NCBI GenBank assembly: GCA_965205265.1
Contig: CBDBGH010000003.1
Span: 1,056,001 to 1,120,000, forward strand
DNA length: 64,000 bases
Source of the DNA: Alphaproteobacteria bacterium
GTDB taxonomy: Bacteria > Pseudomonadota > Alphaproteobacteria > Bin95
Direction of reading: 5' to 3'
Made by a program: the position numbers and the translations under genes. The notes beneath the pieces are model-generated. The model saw nothing but the letters and a program-made list of their open reading frames with translations, searched no databases and was not told the origin of the DNA. Positions 48,666 to 57,880 of the stretch are shown piece after piece (position 1 is the first letter of the stretch; every line of letters begins with the position of its first letter).

Positions 48666-51049
48666 ACCTCCGCCGGCGGCTCGCGCGGGCGCGCCTGCAG
48701 GCGCGCCTGGTGCTGGTCGGCCAGGCCCTCTGGTCGGCCTTCTGGCCGGGGCAGGCGCTCCTCGGGGCCTTCTTGCTCCTGGCGTTGAGCGATGCGTTGC
48801 CCCGGCTGGACGGCTGGACCCACTCGGCCGTGCTCGGCGCGCTGGCGGCCGTGCTCGGATGGTCGCTCTGGCGGGCGGCGAGGCGGTTTCGCCCGCCGTC
48901 GCGGGAAGCCGCGGACCGCCAGATCGAACGGGCAAGCGGCCTCCGGCACCGCCCGCTGGCGAGTCTGGAAGACCGTCCTGCGGCGGCGGAACCGGCTGCA
49001 CGGGCGCTCTGGGGGGAACATCTGGCCCGGATATCCGGGCGGATTCGCCGCTTGCGGGCGGGGTGGCCGGCCGGCGTCATGCCGGCGCGGGACCCCTGGG
49101 CCCTGCGCATCCTCGCATTGGTCTGCCTGGCGGCGGCATTCGGCTTTGTCGGCGGTGACGCCGGCGATCGGCTCGGGCGGGCGCTGGCGCCGTCTTTCGC
49201 CGCGGCGCGCGCGGTTGCGCCGGTCTCCGTCGATATGTGGATCGAACCGCCGGCCTATACCGGGCGGCCGGCACTGTTCGCCGGGGCGGAGGGAACGCGC
49301 TTCGATCTGCCTGAGGGAAGCCAAGTCCATGCGCGTGTGACGGGAGCGGACGAGAAGGCGACGCTGGCTGCGGGGCCAGACAGCACAGTACTGGAGCGTT
49401 CGGGCGCGGTTGCGGAAGGCAGCATGCCGATCCGGACGGGCGGACGCATTGCCGTGTTCGCCGGAGACCGCGAACTGGCGGGCTGGCCGGTTACGGTGAT
49501 TCCCGACAGTCCGCCCACCGCCCGCTTCGAATTGCCGCCTTTCGCGACGCAGCGCCACGCAATGCGCATCGAGTATGGCGGAAGCGACGATTACGGCGTC
49601 ACCGCCATGCGGGTCGAGGCGGTTCCAAGCGACGAGCCGACGGCCGAGCCGCTGGTCCTGCCCTTGCCGGTGCTGGGGGACCCCGTAGCGCCTCGCGGCA
49701 ATGCCTATTTCGACCTTACCGCCCATATCTGGGCCGGCCGCGAGGCGACCGTGCAGCTGTTCGCCGTGGACGGCGCCGGACAGGAAGGGGAGGGGCCGCC
49801 TCTCCGGTTCGTGCTGCCCGAACGGAACTTCACGCACCCCGTGGCGCGGGCCATTGTCGGGGAGCGCAAGATATTGCGCTGGGAGGGCAGGGACGCTTCG
49901 GCGGAACGGCTGGACGGCATTGCGGCGGGCACGGAACTCTACGACCGGGACCCCGCGGTGACGCTGGCGCTGGCTGTGGCGTCCGCGCGGCTTCGCGGGG
50001 CGGAGAAGGAAGAGCCGGCGCTCACGAGCGTGCGAAGCCTGTTGTGGAAAACGGCGCTGCGGCTGGAGGATGGCGGCCTCGCCCTTGCGGACCGCGAGCT
50101 TCGCGCTTCGCAGGACGCCATCATGCGGGCGCTTGAGATGGGCGCCCCGGCGGAGGAGATCGACAGGCTGTTCGACGAACTGCGCCGGTCTATCGACCGC
50201 CTGTTGCGTGAACTCGCCTCGGCGGCCGGGGAGGGCGGCGATGAGGCCCGGCCGGACCCCGGCGGGCAGGAGCTGGACCGTCTGGTGGACCGCGAGGGGT
50301 TGCAGCAGATGGTCGAGCGAATCCGCCGGCTGTGGGAAGCGGGCGCGCGCGACGATGCAAGGGAACTGCTCGCGCAACTCCAGAACATATTGGAGAACAT
50401 CCGCCTGGCGCGCATGGGCGAGGGCCAGGCGGAGCGCCAGGCCGACATGCTGCAGCAGCTCAGGGAGCTCAGGGAGTTAAGCCGCGACCAGCAGCGCCTG
50501 CTGGACCGTACCTTTCGCCAGGGACGCCCGCCGCCGGAGGGCCAGCGCAGGGGCCCGCAGGGCGTCCGGCCCGGCGCGGAGAGCGGATATCCGGACTTGC
50601 AGCGGGCGCAGGAGGCGCTGCGCCGGCGCCTTGGGGATTATATGCGCGGCCTCGGATCGGACGCGGGACGGGTGCCCCAGGAGCTGGAGCGGGCCAACCG
50701 GTCGATGCGCGGCGCTTCCGGCGCTCTGCGGGCCGGCAACCGGGGCGAGGCGCTGGAGGCCCAGGGCCGGGCCCTGCAGGACCTTCAGCAGGCCGGGGAG
50801 GCGCTGCTTGAGCGTTTTGCGCGCGAAGGCGGGGGGCCGGGGGATATGATGGGCGGGCGATCCGAATTCGATCCGCTCGGCCGCCGCGACGGCGGCTTCA
50901 TGCCGGACGGCAGCGATGTCGTGCTGCCCGAGGAGGACAACTTCCAGCGGGCGCGGGACATCCGCGACGAATTGCGCCGGCGCGCGGGCGACGCAGCCCG
51001 CCCGCTTCCGGAGCGCGACTATATCGAAAGGCTGCTTCGCCGGTTTTAG
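48662..51049 (+). CDS. TIGR02302 / DUF4175 family membrane protein
   Basis: N-terminal TMs, HRPL, RDPWALR, WIEPPAYTG, DDYGV, helical Q-rich tail, DPLGR...YIERLL; usual neighbour of lysA. Confidence 0.88.
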   Translation: MNLRRRLARARLQARLVLVGQALWSAFWPGQALLGAFLLLALSDALPRLDGWTHSAVLGALAAVLGWSLWRAARRFRPPSREAADRQIERASGLRHRPLASLEDRPAAAEPAARALWGEHLARISGRIRRLRAGWPAGVMPARDPWALRILALVCLAAAFGFVGGDAGDRLGRALAPSFAAARAVAPVSVDMWIEPPAYTGRPALFAGAEGTRFDLPEGSQVHARVTGADEKATLAAGPDSTVLERSGAVAEGSMPIRTGGRIAVFAGDRELAGWPVTVIPDSPPTARFELPPFATQRHAMRIEYGGSDDYGVTAMRVEAVPSDEPTAEPLVLPLPVLGDPVAPRGNAYFDLTAHIWAGREATVQLFAVDGAGQEGEGPPLRFVLPERNFTHPVARAIVGERKILRWEGRDASAERLDGIAAGTELYDRDPAVTLALAVASARLRGAEKEEPALTSVRSLLWKTALRLEDGGLALADRELRASQDAIMRALEMGAPAEEIDRLFDELRRSIDRLLRELASAAGEGGDEARPDPGGQELDRLVDREGLQQMVERIRRLWEAGARDDARELLAQLQNILENIRLARMGEGQAERQADMLQQLRELRELSRDQQRLLDRTFRQGRPPPEGQRRGPQGVRPGAESGYPDLQRAQEALRRRLGDYMRGLGSDAGRVPQELERANRSMRGASGALRAGNRGEALEAQGRALQDLQQAGEALLERFAREGGGPGDMMGGRSEFDPLGRRDGGFMPDGSDVVLPEEDNFQRARDIRDELRRRAGDAARPLPERDYIERLLRRF

Positions 51050-51113
51050 CGAAGCGCGGGACGGGCTATGACTGCCCGGTCTCACTTAACGAAGCAAGGA
51101 AGGGCTGGGACAT

Positions 51114-52031
51114 ATGTCCGAGGGAGTATTGGAAGGCAAGGTCGTTCTGGTGACGGGGGCGGGCCGTGGCATCGGTCGCGAGGTTGCGGTTCTGGCGGCG
51201 CGCGAGGGCGCGCAGGTGGTCGTGAACGACCTTGGCGGCGATGTCGGCGGTTCGGGGGCGGATGCGACGCCGGCCCAGGAGACCGTGGCGATGATCGAGG
51301 CGGCGGGCGGCGAGGCGGTCGTCAACGGCGACAGCGTGGCCGATTACGAGGCGGCGGGCCGGATGGTCGGCCAGGCGGTGGAGACCTTCGGGCGCATCGA
51401 CGGGGTTGTGAATGTGGCCGGCATTCTGCGCGATGTGATCTTCCACAAGATGAGCGAGGCGGACTGGGATGCGGTGATTTCGGTGCATCTCAAGGGCTCG
51501 TTCAATGTGGCGCGCAATGCGGCGGACCGTTTCCGGGCGCAGGAGTCGGGGGCGATGGTGCATTTCACCTCGACCTCGGGTCTGATCGGCAATTTCGGCC
51601 AGGCGAACTATGCGGCGGCGAAGATGGGGATTGTCGGGCTGTCGAAGTCGATTGCGCTCGACATGCAGCGCTTCAATGTGCGCTCCAACTGCATGTCGCC
51701 CTTCGCCTGGACGCGCATGATCGGGACCATCCCGTCGAATACGCCGGAGCAGGAGGCGCGGCTCGCCAAGATCAAGCAGATGACGCCCGCGCAGATCGCG
51801 CCGATGGTGGTCTATCTGCTTTCCGACCTCGCAAGCGGCGTCACCGGCCAGATCTTCGGCAGCCGCATGAACGAACAGATGCTGTTCAACCAGAACCGCC
51901 CCGTGCGGTCCGTGCATCGCAGCGAGGGCTGGACGCCGGCCGACATCCACGAACACGCCATGCCGGCCCTGAAAGCCGCATTCACGCCCAACGAGCGTTC
52001 CGGCGACGTCTTCAACTGGGACCCGATCTGA
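51114..52031 (+). CDS. SDR oxidoreductase (3-hydroxyacyl-CoA dehydrogenase / MFE-2 N-domain-like)
   Basis: TGAGRGIG, VVNDLG, AGILRD, GNFGQANYAAAK. Confidence 0.92.
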   Translation: MSEGVLEGKVVLVTGAGRGIGREVAVLAAREGAQVVVNDLGGDVGGSGADATPAQETVAMIEAAGGEAVVNGDSVADYEAAGRMVGQAVETFGRIDGVVNVAGILRDVIFHKMSEADWDAVISVHLKGSFNVARNAADRFRAQESGAMVHFTSTSGLIGNFGQANYAAAKMGIVGLSKSIALDMQRFNVRSNCMSPFAWTRMIGTIPSNTPEQEARLAKIKQMTPAQIAPMVVYLLSDLASGVTGQIFGSRMNEQMLFNQNRPVRSVHRSEGWTPADIHEHAMPALKAAFTPNERSGDVFNWDPI

Positions 52032-52053
52032 CCGGGGCCGGAGAGCCGGGCGT

Positions 52054-52176
52054 CGGCCGCCCTTCGATACGCGCACGCTGACGCGGGCGCTACTCAGGGA
52101 GAAGGAAAGTGCGAAGGCTGAGTTCCGGCCCCCCTCATCCCGAGTAGCGGCGCAGCCGCGTATCGAGGGACGGCCG
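52054..52176. repeat. REP-like imperfect inverted-repeat doublet between convergent genes
   Basis: CGGCCGCCCTTCGATACGCG...GCTACTCAGGGAGA versus TCATCCCGAGTAGC...CGCGTATCGAGGGACGGCCG. Confidence 0.7.
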
Positions 52177-52211
52177 GATTTCCGTTTCAGCCTGAGGGGC
52201 TTTTCCGGCGC

Positions 52212-53000
52212 TCAGGGAATGGCGTCGGCTCCCCGGACCATCGGGCGCCAGTCCGTCGAGCGCACATAGTCCGGGCGCGGGTCCTCGACGTCGCGGGGCC
52301 GGTTGGCGCAGGCGTTGAAGCAGAAATAGGCGTGCCAGCGGTCCGTCGCCGAGAGATTGTGGCCGGAGGCGTGCAGCAGGTTGCAGTGGAACAGCGCGGC
52401 GGTGCCGGGCGGGCCCGTCACCGCGACGGGCTCGGGCAGGGCCTTCATCGCGGCCTTCATGGTTTCCGGCTTCGATGCCCAGAGGCTGTAGGCCGTGGAG
52501 GAGTCGAAATAGGGATCGACGCGCCCGTCGCGATGACTGCCGGGCAGGAAATAGAGGCAGCCGTTCATCTCCGTCGCCTCGTCCAGCATGACCAGGAAGG
52601 TCGCCATGGACGGCCGGTCGATGCCATCCAGATGCCATGTGCCGAAGTCCTGGTGCCAGGGCCAGGCGCTGCCCTCGATGGCCGCCTTCATGTTGACCTT
52701 GCAGTGGTGGATATAGACCTCGTCCGTGCCGAGCGCCTGCTGGGCCGGGCGCAGGATGCGGGGCGCATGGGCGGCGGCGCGGTAGGCCGGCGAGGCTGTC
52801 GGGCCGTCCTCGGCATGGAGGCGGAACATCGTCTTCGGCACACCGCTCGATCCTTCGCGAAAGACGCATTCGGCATCGAGGCCCGCAACCCGCTCCGCTT
52901 CCGCGCGCAGCCGTGCGACCTCTTCGGCCGAGAACAGCGCCGGGAAAATGAGAAAGCCGTCCTGCTGAAACCGTTCGACCTGCCGTTCCGTCAGTTCCAT
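52212..53000 (-). CDS. PhyH family Fe(II)/2OG dioxygenase (ectoine/proline hydroxylase-like)
   Basis: KVNMK, WPWHQDFGTWH (HxD), NGCLYFLPGSH, NLLHASGHNLS...R. Confidence 0.88.
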   Translation of the reverse strand: MELTERQVERFQQDGFLIFPALFSAEEVARLRAEAERVAGLDAECVFREGSSGVPKTMFRLHAEDGPTASPAYRAAAHAPRILRPAQQALGTDEVYIHHCKVNMKAAIEGSAWPWHQDFGTWHLDGIDRPSMATFLVMLDEATEMNGCLYFLPGSHRDGRVDPYFDSSTAYSLWASKPETMKAAMKALPEPVAVTGPPGTAALFHCNLLHASGHNLSATDRWHAYFCFNACANRPRDVEDPRPDYVRSTDWRPMVRGADAIP

Positions 53001-53028
53001 GGCGCGCCTCCTTCGCCTCGCAGCCGGG

Positions 53029-54195
53029 CTAGATCCCGATGTCCTCCAGATTGTAGTCGCGGATGTCCTCCTTCGCTGCCGGCGTCCAGCGATAGTTGCC
53101 GGCCTCGCCGGCGAGAGGCTCGTAGCGGTAGGGCTCCTCGTCCGGCCGGCGCTGGCGGCGCGCGTCGATGGCGTAAAGGATGAGCCGCGCGCGGCGCCGG
53201 ATATAGTCGGCATCGTAAACCGAGACCGGGTTGTGAACGCCGCCGGTCTTCACATCCAGCACGAACCGCCGGCGGTGGAAGCCCATATTGAGGGTCACGC
53301 GCGGTTTCGAGCCGGTATTGGCGAAGGAGCCGTGGAGCGCCTGCCGGTTCACGATCGCCACATCGCCGGGCGCGCAGATCAGCGGCACGGCCTCCGGCAG
53401 GCGGTCCGAACCCGCGGCCGCCACCATCGCCCTGATGTCCGCCCGGCCGCCGCTGTGCGACCCCGGCACCACCCAGAGGCCGTTCACGGCGTCGCAACCG
53501 TAGAGCTGCGCCACGAAGTTGAAGCCGTGGCTGCCTTCGTCCAGTTCCGGACTGTCCCAGTGGGTCCAGCCGTCCTGGTGCCAGGCGACGGAGCCGCCGA
53601 GGCGCGGATGCTTGATCCAGACCGCCTCGTTGAACGGCGTGAAGTCGCTTCCGTTGACGGCCTCCGCCACCTTCAGCAGCCCCGGGTGCCCGTAGAGACG
53701 CAGGCAGGCTTCCGAATATTGCAGGGAGCCGTGGATGAGCTGCAGCACATGGGACGGGGCGCCGTCCGGCGCCTCGGGCTCCAGCATCTTCGCCGGGTGC
53801 CGTCCGAATGCGTAATCGGTGCCGCCCACCGGGTCGGACAGCGGTTTCACCCAGCCGAGGCCGCGCCCCTTTCTGCCGTAGTCGAAAGCGGGTTGCCCGT
53901 GCCTGTCCGTCTCTGCGCCCGGAGCGGTCGGCGCGCGGTCCAGCAGGTCGGCGAGGTCGCGTTCGATGTCGGCCAGTTCCTCGGGGTCCAGAACCCGCTC
54001 GAAGATGTAGAAGCCGTGGCGCCAATAGGCATCCAGGATGGCGGGATCGAGCGCGCCGTCCGGGCCGAAGCGGAGCGGCCCGCGGTTGTCGAGGGCGAGC
54101 GCCCGCTTCGTCCCGGCCTCGCGGTAGCGCACCATGTCCGCTTCGGCGTCGCCGTAATCGACCGGCGGGGCTTCGTAGAGGGCGAGCGCGGTCAT
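53029..54195 (-). CDS. PhyH family Fe(II)/2OG dioxygenase (long form)
   Basis: VAWHQDG, NGLWVVPGSH, LHGSFAN...R. Confidence 0.85.
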   Translation of the reverse strand: MTALALYEAPPVDYGDAEADMVRYREAGTKRALALDNRGPLRFGPDGALDPAILDAYWRHGFYIFERVLDPEELADIERDLADLLDRAPTAPGAETDRHGQPAFDYGRKGRGLGWVKPLSDPVGGTDYAFGRHPAKMLEPEAPDGAPSHVLQLIHGSLQYSEACLRLYGHPGLLKVAEAVNGSDFTPFNEAVWIKHPRLGGSVAWHQDGWTHWDSPELDEGSHGFNFVAQLYGCDAVNGLWVVPGSHSGGRADIRAMVAAAGSDRLPEAVPLICAPGDVAIVNRQALHGSFANTGSKPRVTLNMGFHRRRFVLDVKTGGVHNPVSVYDADYIRRRARLILYAIDARRQRRPDEEPYRYEPLAGEAGNYRWTPAAKEDIRDYNLEDIGI

Positions 54196-54196
54196 G

Positions 54197-55093
54197 TCAG
54201 CGGTTGGTCGCCGCCGGCTCGAAGGAGTCGGCGCGTTCGTCCCGTCCGGTCTCGACGAGCTCGCTTGCCGGGTCGCCCGCGACCCGGACATGGCGCAACA
54301 CCCGGGGCTCGCCGTAGTCGTAGGGCATGGCCCGGTGCAGCACGCAGCGATTGTCCCAGATCATCAGGTCGCCGGGCTCCCAGGAATGCGAATAGACGCG
54401 CGGCGCTCGGCAGGCATGGTCCAGCAATTCGTCGAGCAGCGCCTGGGCGTCCTCGTCCGCCATGCCCGGAATCCGGAAGGCGTGGCGCCCGATGAACAGC
54501 GACTTTCGCCCGGTCACCGGATGGGTCTTGACCAGCGGCCGGAGCGGCGCGCCCCTGGTGTGGTAGCCGTAGCCTTCCCCGGTCCTGAACTCGAAGCCTG
54601 CCTTCGCCTGCGAGGCGTATAGCGAGTGGTAGGCGGCGAGGCCGACGATGCGCTCCTTCGTATCGTGGTTTAGCGTGTCGTAGGCGTCGCGCATATCGGC
54701 CAGTTCGGTTTCGCCGCCTTTCGAGGGCGTTACCTCCGCCGCAAGCGCGGATGCCTTGGCGGCGAGCGGCATATAGGAGCTGTCCGTGTGCCAGCCTTCA
54801 TTGCCGCGCAGCGTCTGGTAGCGCTTTTCCTCCGGCTTCATGATTTCGCCGTCCGCCCTCTTGTTGGAGATGCGGACCGCCTTGGCGTCGCCGCGAAGGT
54901 ATTCGATGTCCCCGAACCGCTCGCCGAAGGCGATATGCTCCTCGTCGCTCAGATGCTGCGCCGGGAAGACGAGGGCCCCGTATTCGTGGAACGCGTCCTC
55001 GACTTCGCGCCATTCGCCGTCGCTCATGTCGCCGAGCGCAATATCGGTGATCCGCGCGCCCAGGGTGCAGTCGAGAGGGGCGATATCGACCAT
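54197..55093 (-). CDS. TauD/TfdA family dioxygenase, SdpA-like
   Basis: WHTDSSYMP, ADMRDAYD, PLRPLVKTHP, IGRHA, WDNRCVLHRA. Confidence 0.9.
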   Translation of the reverse strand: MVDIAPLDCTLGARITDIALGDMSDGEWREVEDAFHEYGALVFPAQHLSDEEHIAFGERFGDIEYLRGDAKAVRISNKRADGEIMKPEEKRYQTLRGNEGWHTDSSYMPLAAKASALAAEVTPSKGGETELADMRDAYDTLNHDTKERIVGLAAYHSLYASQAKAGFEFRTGEGYGYHTRGAPLRPLVKTHPVTGRKSLFIGRHAFRIPGMADEDAQALLDELLDHACRAPRVYSHSWEPGDLMIWDNRCVLHRAMPYDYGEPRVLRHVRVAGDPASELVETGRDERADSFEPAATNR

Positions 55094-55212
55094 GAAACCT
55101 CTCCTCGCCGGTCTCCCGGAATATTGCGACGGCGCCGGTCCCGCTGCAAGGGTGCGCGGCAACGCCCGCCATGCCAGAATGAGGGCGGCGCCGATCTCGG
55201 GGAGGGGAGGGG

Positions 55213-55947
55213 ATGACCGCGAAATTCGACTATTCGGGCAAGCTCGTGCTGGTGACGGGCGGGTCGAGCGGCATCGGCCGGGCGATCGCCGTCGGGTTCC
55301 GCGACGCAGGTGCCGCGGTGACCGTTCTCGGCACGCGGGGCGGCCCGGAGGACTATCCCGACGATCTCTCGGGCATGGCCTACCGCCGGCTCGACATGAC
55401 GGACAATGACGGCATCCTCGCGCTCGCCGCCGACATGCCGGCCCTCGATGTGCTTGTGAATTCCGCCGGCACGACCGTGCGCGGCCCGGCGGCGTTCGAG
55501 CCGGACAATTTCGAATACACCGTGCAGGTCAACCTGAACGGCGCCTACCGCATGTCCCATGCCTTCCGCGAACAGCTGAAGGCGTCCGGCGGCTCGATCG
55601 TCAACATCGCGTCGATGACGAGCTATTTTTCCTCGCCGCGCGGGCCGGGCTACGGCGCGTCGAAGGCCGGCATCCTCCAGCTGACGCAGTCGCTCGCATC
55701 CGCATGGGCGCGGGACGGCGTCCGCGTCAACGGCATTGCGCCCGGCTGGATCGCGACCAAGCTGACCGCGCCCGTGCAGGCCAACGAGCCGGTGAACCGG
55801 AAAATCATGGAGCGCACGCCGATGGGCCGCTGGGGGCAGCCGGAGGAAATGGCCGGGACCGCGCTCTATCTGGCGTCCGACGCCGCCGGTTTCGTAACGG
55901 GCGTCACCATCCCGGTGGACGGCGGCTGGTCCGCCGAGGGCGTCTGA
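55213..55947 (+). CDS. Short-chain dehydrogenase/reductase
   Basis: TGGSSGIG, VNSAG, YGASK, RTPMGRWG. Confidence 0.92.
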   Translation: MTAKFDYSGKLVLVTGGSSGIGRAIAVGFRDAGAAVTVLGTRGGPEDYPDDLSGMAYRRLDMTDNDGILALAADMPALDVLVNSAGTTVRGPAAFEPDNFEYTVQVNLNGAYRMSHAFREQLKASGGSIVNIASMTSYFSSPRGPGYGASKAGILQLTQSLASAWARDGVRVNGIAPGWIATKLTAPVQANEPVNRKIMERTPMGRWGQPEEMAGTALYLASDAAGFVTGVTIPVDGGWSAEGV

Positions 55948-56002
55948 CGCCCGCGCCGTTCCCGCACATCCCCGAACGACCGCAAGTGGAGAAAGCACAC
56001 CC

Positions 56003-57271
56003 ATGACCCTGTCCAGCGTAAGCGACGTCGACGCCTCGTCGCCGAAACATCTCCGGGGGCGCTACGCCATCGCCGGGGTGGGGGAGACCGCCTATATGCG
56101 CGGCTCGGAATACTCGACCCGCTCGCTCGCCACCTGGGCGATCAAGAACGCGATGGACGATGCCGGCCTGGCACCCGGCGATATCGACGGCATGCTGAGC
56201 TATTCCGGCAACGACTCGATCTTCTCGCCCTTCGTCGCCGGCGATCTGGGCATCCGGCTGAACTTCTACATGGACGTGCATGGCGGCGGGTCCTCGACCG
56301 AGGCGCTGATCGGTATCGCCATCGGCGTGATCGAGGCGGGAATGTGCAACACCGTGGCGATCTTCCGGTCGATGAACGGCTACAGCCAGGTGCGCATCGG
56401 CGGCACCGGCGCGCGCTCGGCCGTGCCGATCAACGGCGACCAGATCCACCACCGCGCCTATGGCTGGCAGAGCGCCGGGCAGATGTTCGCCCCGACCTTC
56501 CTGCGCCACATGTACGACTACGGCACGACGCCGGAGCAGGTGGCGGCGGTCAAGGTCGCCCACTCGAAGCACGCCTCCAACAACCCGAAGGCGTATTACA
56601 AGAGGCGGTTCACCGTCGAGGATGTCGTGAGCAGCCGCATCATCTGCAAGCCGCTGCACCTGCTCGACTGCTGCGTCGAGACGGACAATGCGACCTGTGT
56701 GATCGTCACCCGGCTCGACCGGGCGCGCGACTGCCGCCAGCCGCCGGCGGTGATCCAGTCCGTGGTCGGGCGCTGCTGCAAGCCGCGCATCGACATGCAC
56801 TACCAGCACGGGCCCATTTCGACCGTCGCCGGCCACTACGCCAGGGACATCCTGTTCCCGAATGCCGGCGTCTCGCCGGAAGACATCGACCTGACCGGCT
56901 CCTACGACGCCTTCACCTTCACCACCATGCTGCAACTGGAAGACTACGGCTTCTGCAAGAAGGGCGAGGGCGGCGACTACGTGTCTTCGGGTATCATCGA
57001 GCTCGGCGGCAAGCGGCCCAACAACACCTCCGGCGGGCATCTTTGCGAAGGTTATACCCACGGCATGAACATGGTGATCGAGAACACCCGCCAATTGCGG
57101 GGCGAGGTGGACGACAGCTGCCCCGTCGGGCCGGACGGCAAGCGGCAGCACACTTACGACTACGGCGAGGGCGGCTGCCGGCAGGTGAAGGACGTGGAGC
57201 TGACCGCCAATCTCGGCTGGGCCATGCCGGGCACCGGCTCCGCCATGATCATGTCCAAAGACGCGCGCTGA
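56003..57271 (+). CDS. Thiolase-fold protein of the SCP-x/Ltp2 type
   Basis: AIAGVGET, PLHLLDCC, YDAFT, NTSGGHLCEGYTHG. Confidence 0.85.
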   Translation: MTLSSVSDVDASSPKHLRGRYAIAGVGETAYMRGSEYSTRSLATWAIKNAMDDAGLAPGDIDGMLSYSGNDSIFSPFVAGDLGIRLNFYMDVHGGGSSTEALIGIAIGVIEAGMCNTVAIFRSMNGYSQVRIGGTGARSAVPINGDQIHHRAYGWQSAGQMFAPTFLRHMYDYGTTPEQVAAVKVAHSKHASNNPKAYYKRRFTVEDVVSSRIICKPLHLLDCCVETDNATCVIVTRLDRARDCRQPPAVIQSVVGRCCKPRIDMHYQHGPISTVAGHYARDILFPNAGVSPEDIDLTGSYDAFTFTTMLQLEDYGFCKKGEGGDYVSSGIIELGGKRPNNTSGGHLCEGYTHGMNMVIENTRQLRGEVDDSCPVGPDGKRQHTYDYGEGGCRQVKDVELTANLGWAMPGTGSAMIMSKDAR

Positions 57272-57284
57272 GGGGGGAACGGTA

Positions 57285-57806
57285 ATGCCGCTTCAAGGCG
57301 AATATATGGGCATGATGCTCACCATCGACGATGTGGACCGCGAAAACCGGGAGTTCTTCGCCTGGTGCGACAAGGGCGAGTTCCGCCTGCAGCGGAGCCC
57401 GGAGAGCGGGCTGTTGCGCTATCCGCCGACCACAGCCTGCCCCTGGAGCACGGACCGCGACTACGAATGGGTTCCGGTCGAGGGAAAGGGCGCGGTGCAT
57501 TCCTATGTGGAGGTGCACCACCCGATCCAGCCGGCCTTCCGCGACAAGGTCCCCTACATGATCCTGCTGGTCGATCTCGACACGCAGAAGGGCGAGCCCT
57601 CGGAGCATGAGGCGCTCAGGGTCGCGGGCAATCTGGTGACGGCCGATGGCGAGTTCGCGCCGCCGGAGACGATCCGGTCGGTCGGAATCGGCACCCGCGT
57701 GCGCATGGTGTTCTCGAAGGTCGCGGACGGCTTTTCGCTGCCGCAATGGACCATCGACGAAGACGCCGAACAGCCGGAAGCACCCTGGCGCTACCCGCAG
57801 GAATAG
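57285..57806 (+). CDS. DUF35 / OB-fold protein (ChsH2-like)
   Basis: FFAW...FRLQR, YPP..ACPW, GKGAVHSY, VPYMILLVDL, IGTRVRMVF. Confidence 0.85.
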   Translation: MPLQGEYMGMMLTIDDVDRENREFFAWCDKGEFRLQRSPESGLLRYPPTTACPWSTDRDYEWVPVEGKGAVHSYVEVHHPIQPAFRDKVPYMILLVDLDTQKGEPSEHEALRVAGNLVTADGEFAPPETIRSVGIGTRVRMVFSKVADGFSLPQWTIDEDAEQPEAPWRYPQE

Positions 57807-57818
57807 GCCGCAGACGGC

Positions 57819-57848
57819 CGCGGGCCGCGACGACGAAAGCGGCCCGCG
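57819..57848. terminator. GC-rich hairpin between convergent genes
   Basis: Perfect 10-bp stem CGCGGGCCGC / GCGGCCCGCG; no clear U-tract. Confidence 0.4.
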
Positions 57849-57880
57849 CCCGAAATGGAGCCGGATACTGCTCCGGCGGC

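Noticed and set aside
52212-53000. Calling this gene ectD
   Set aside because: The EctD signature FxWHSDFETWHxEDG is only partly matched and no ectoine genes are nearby.
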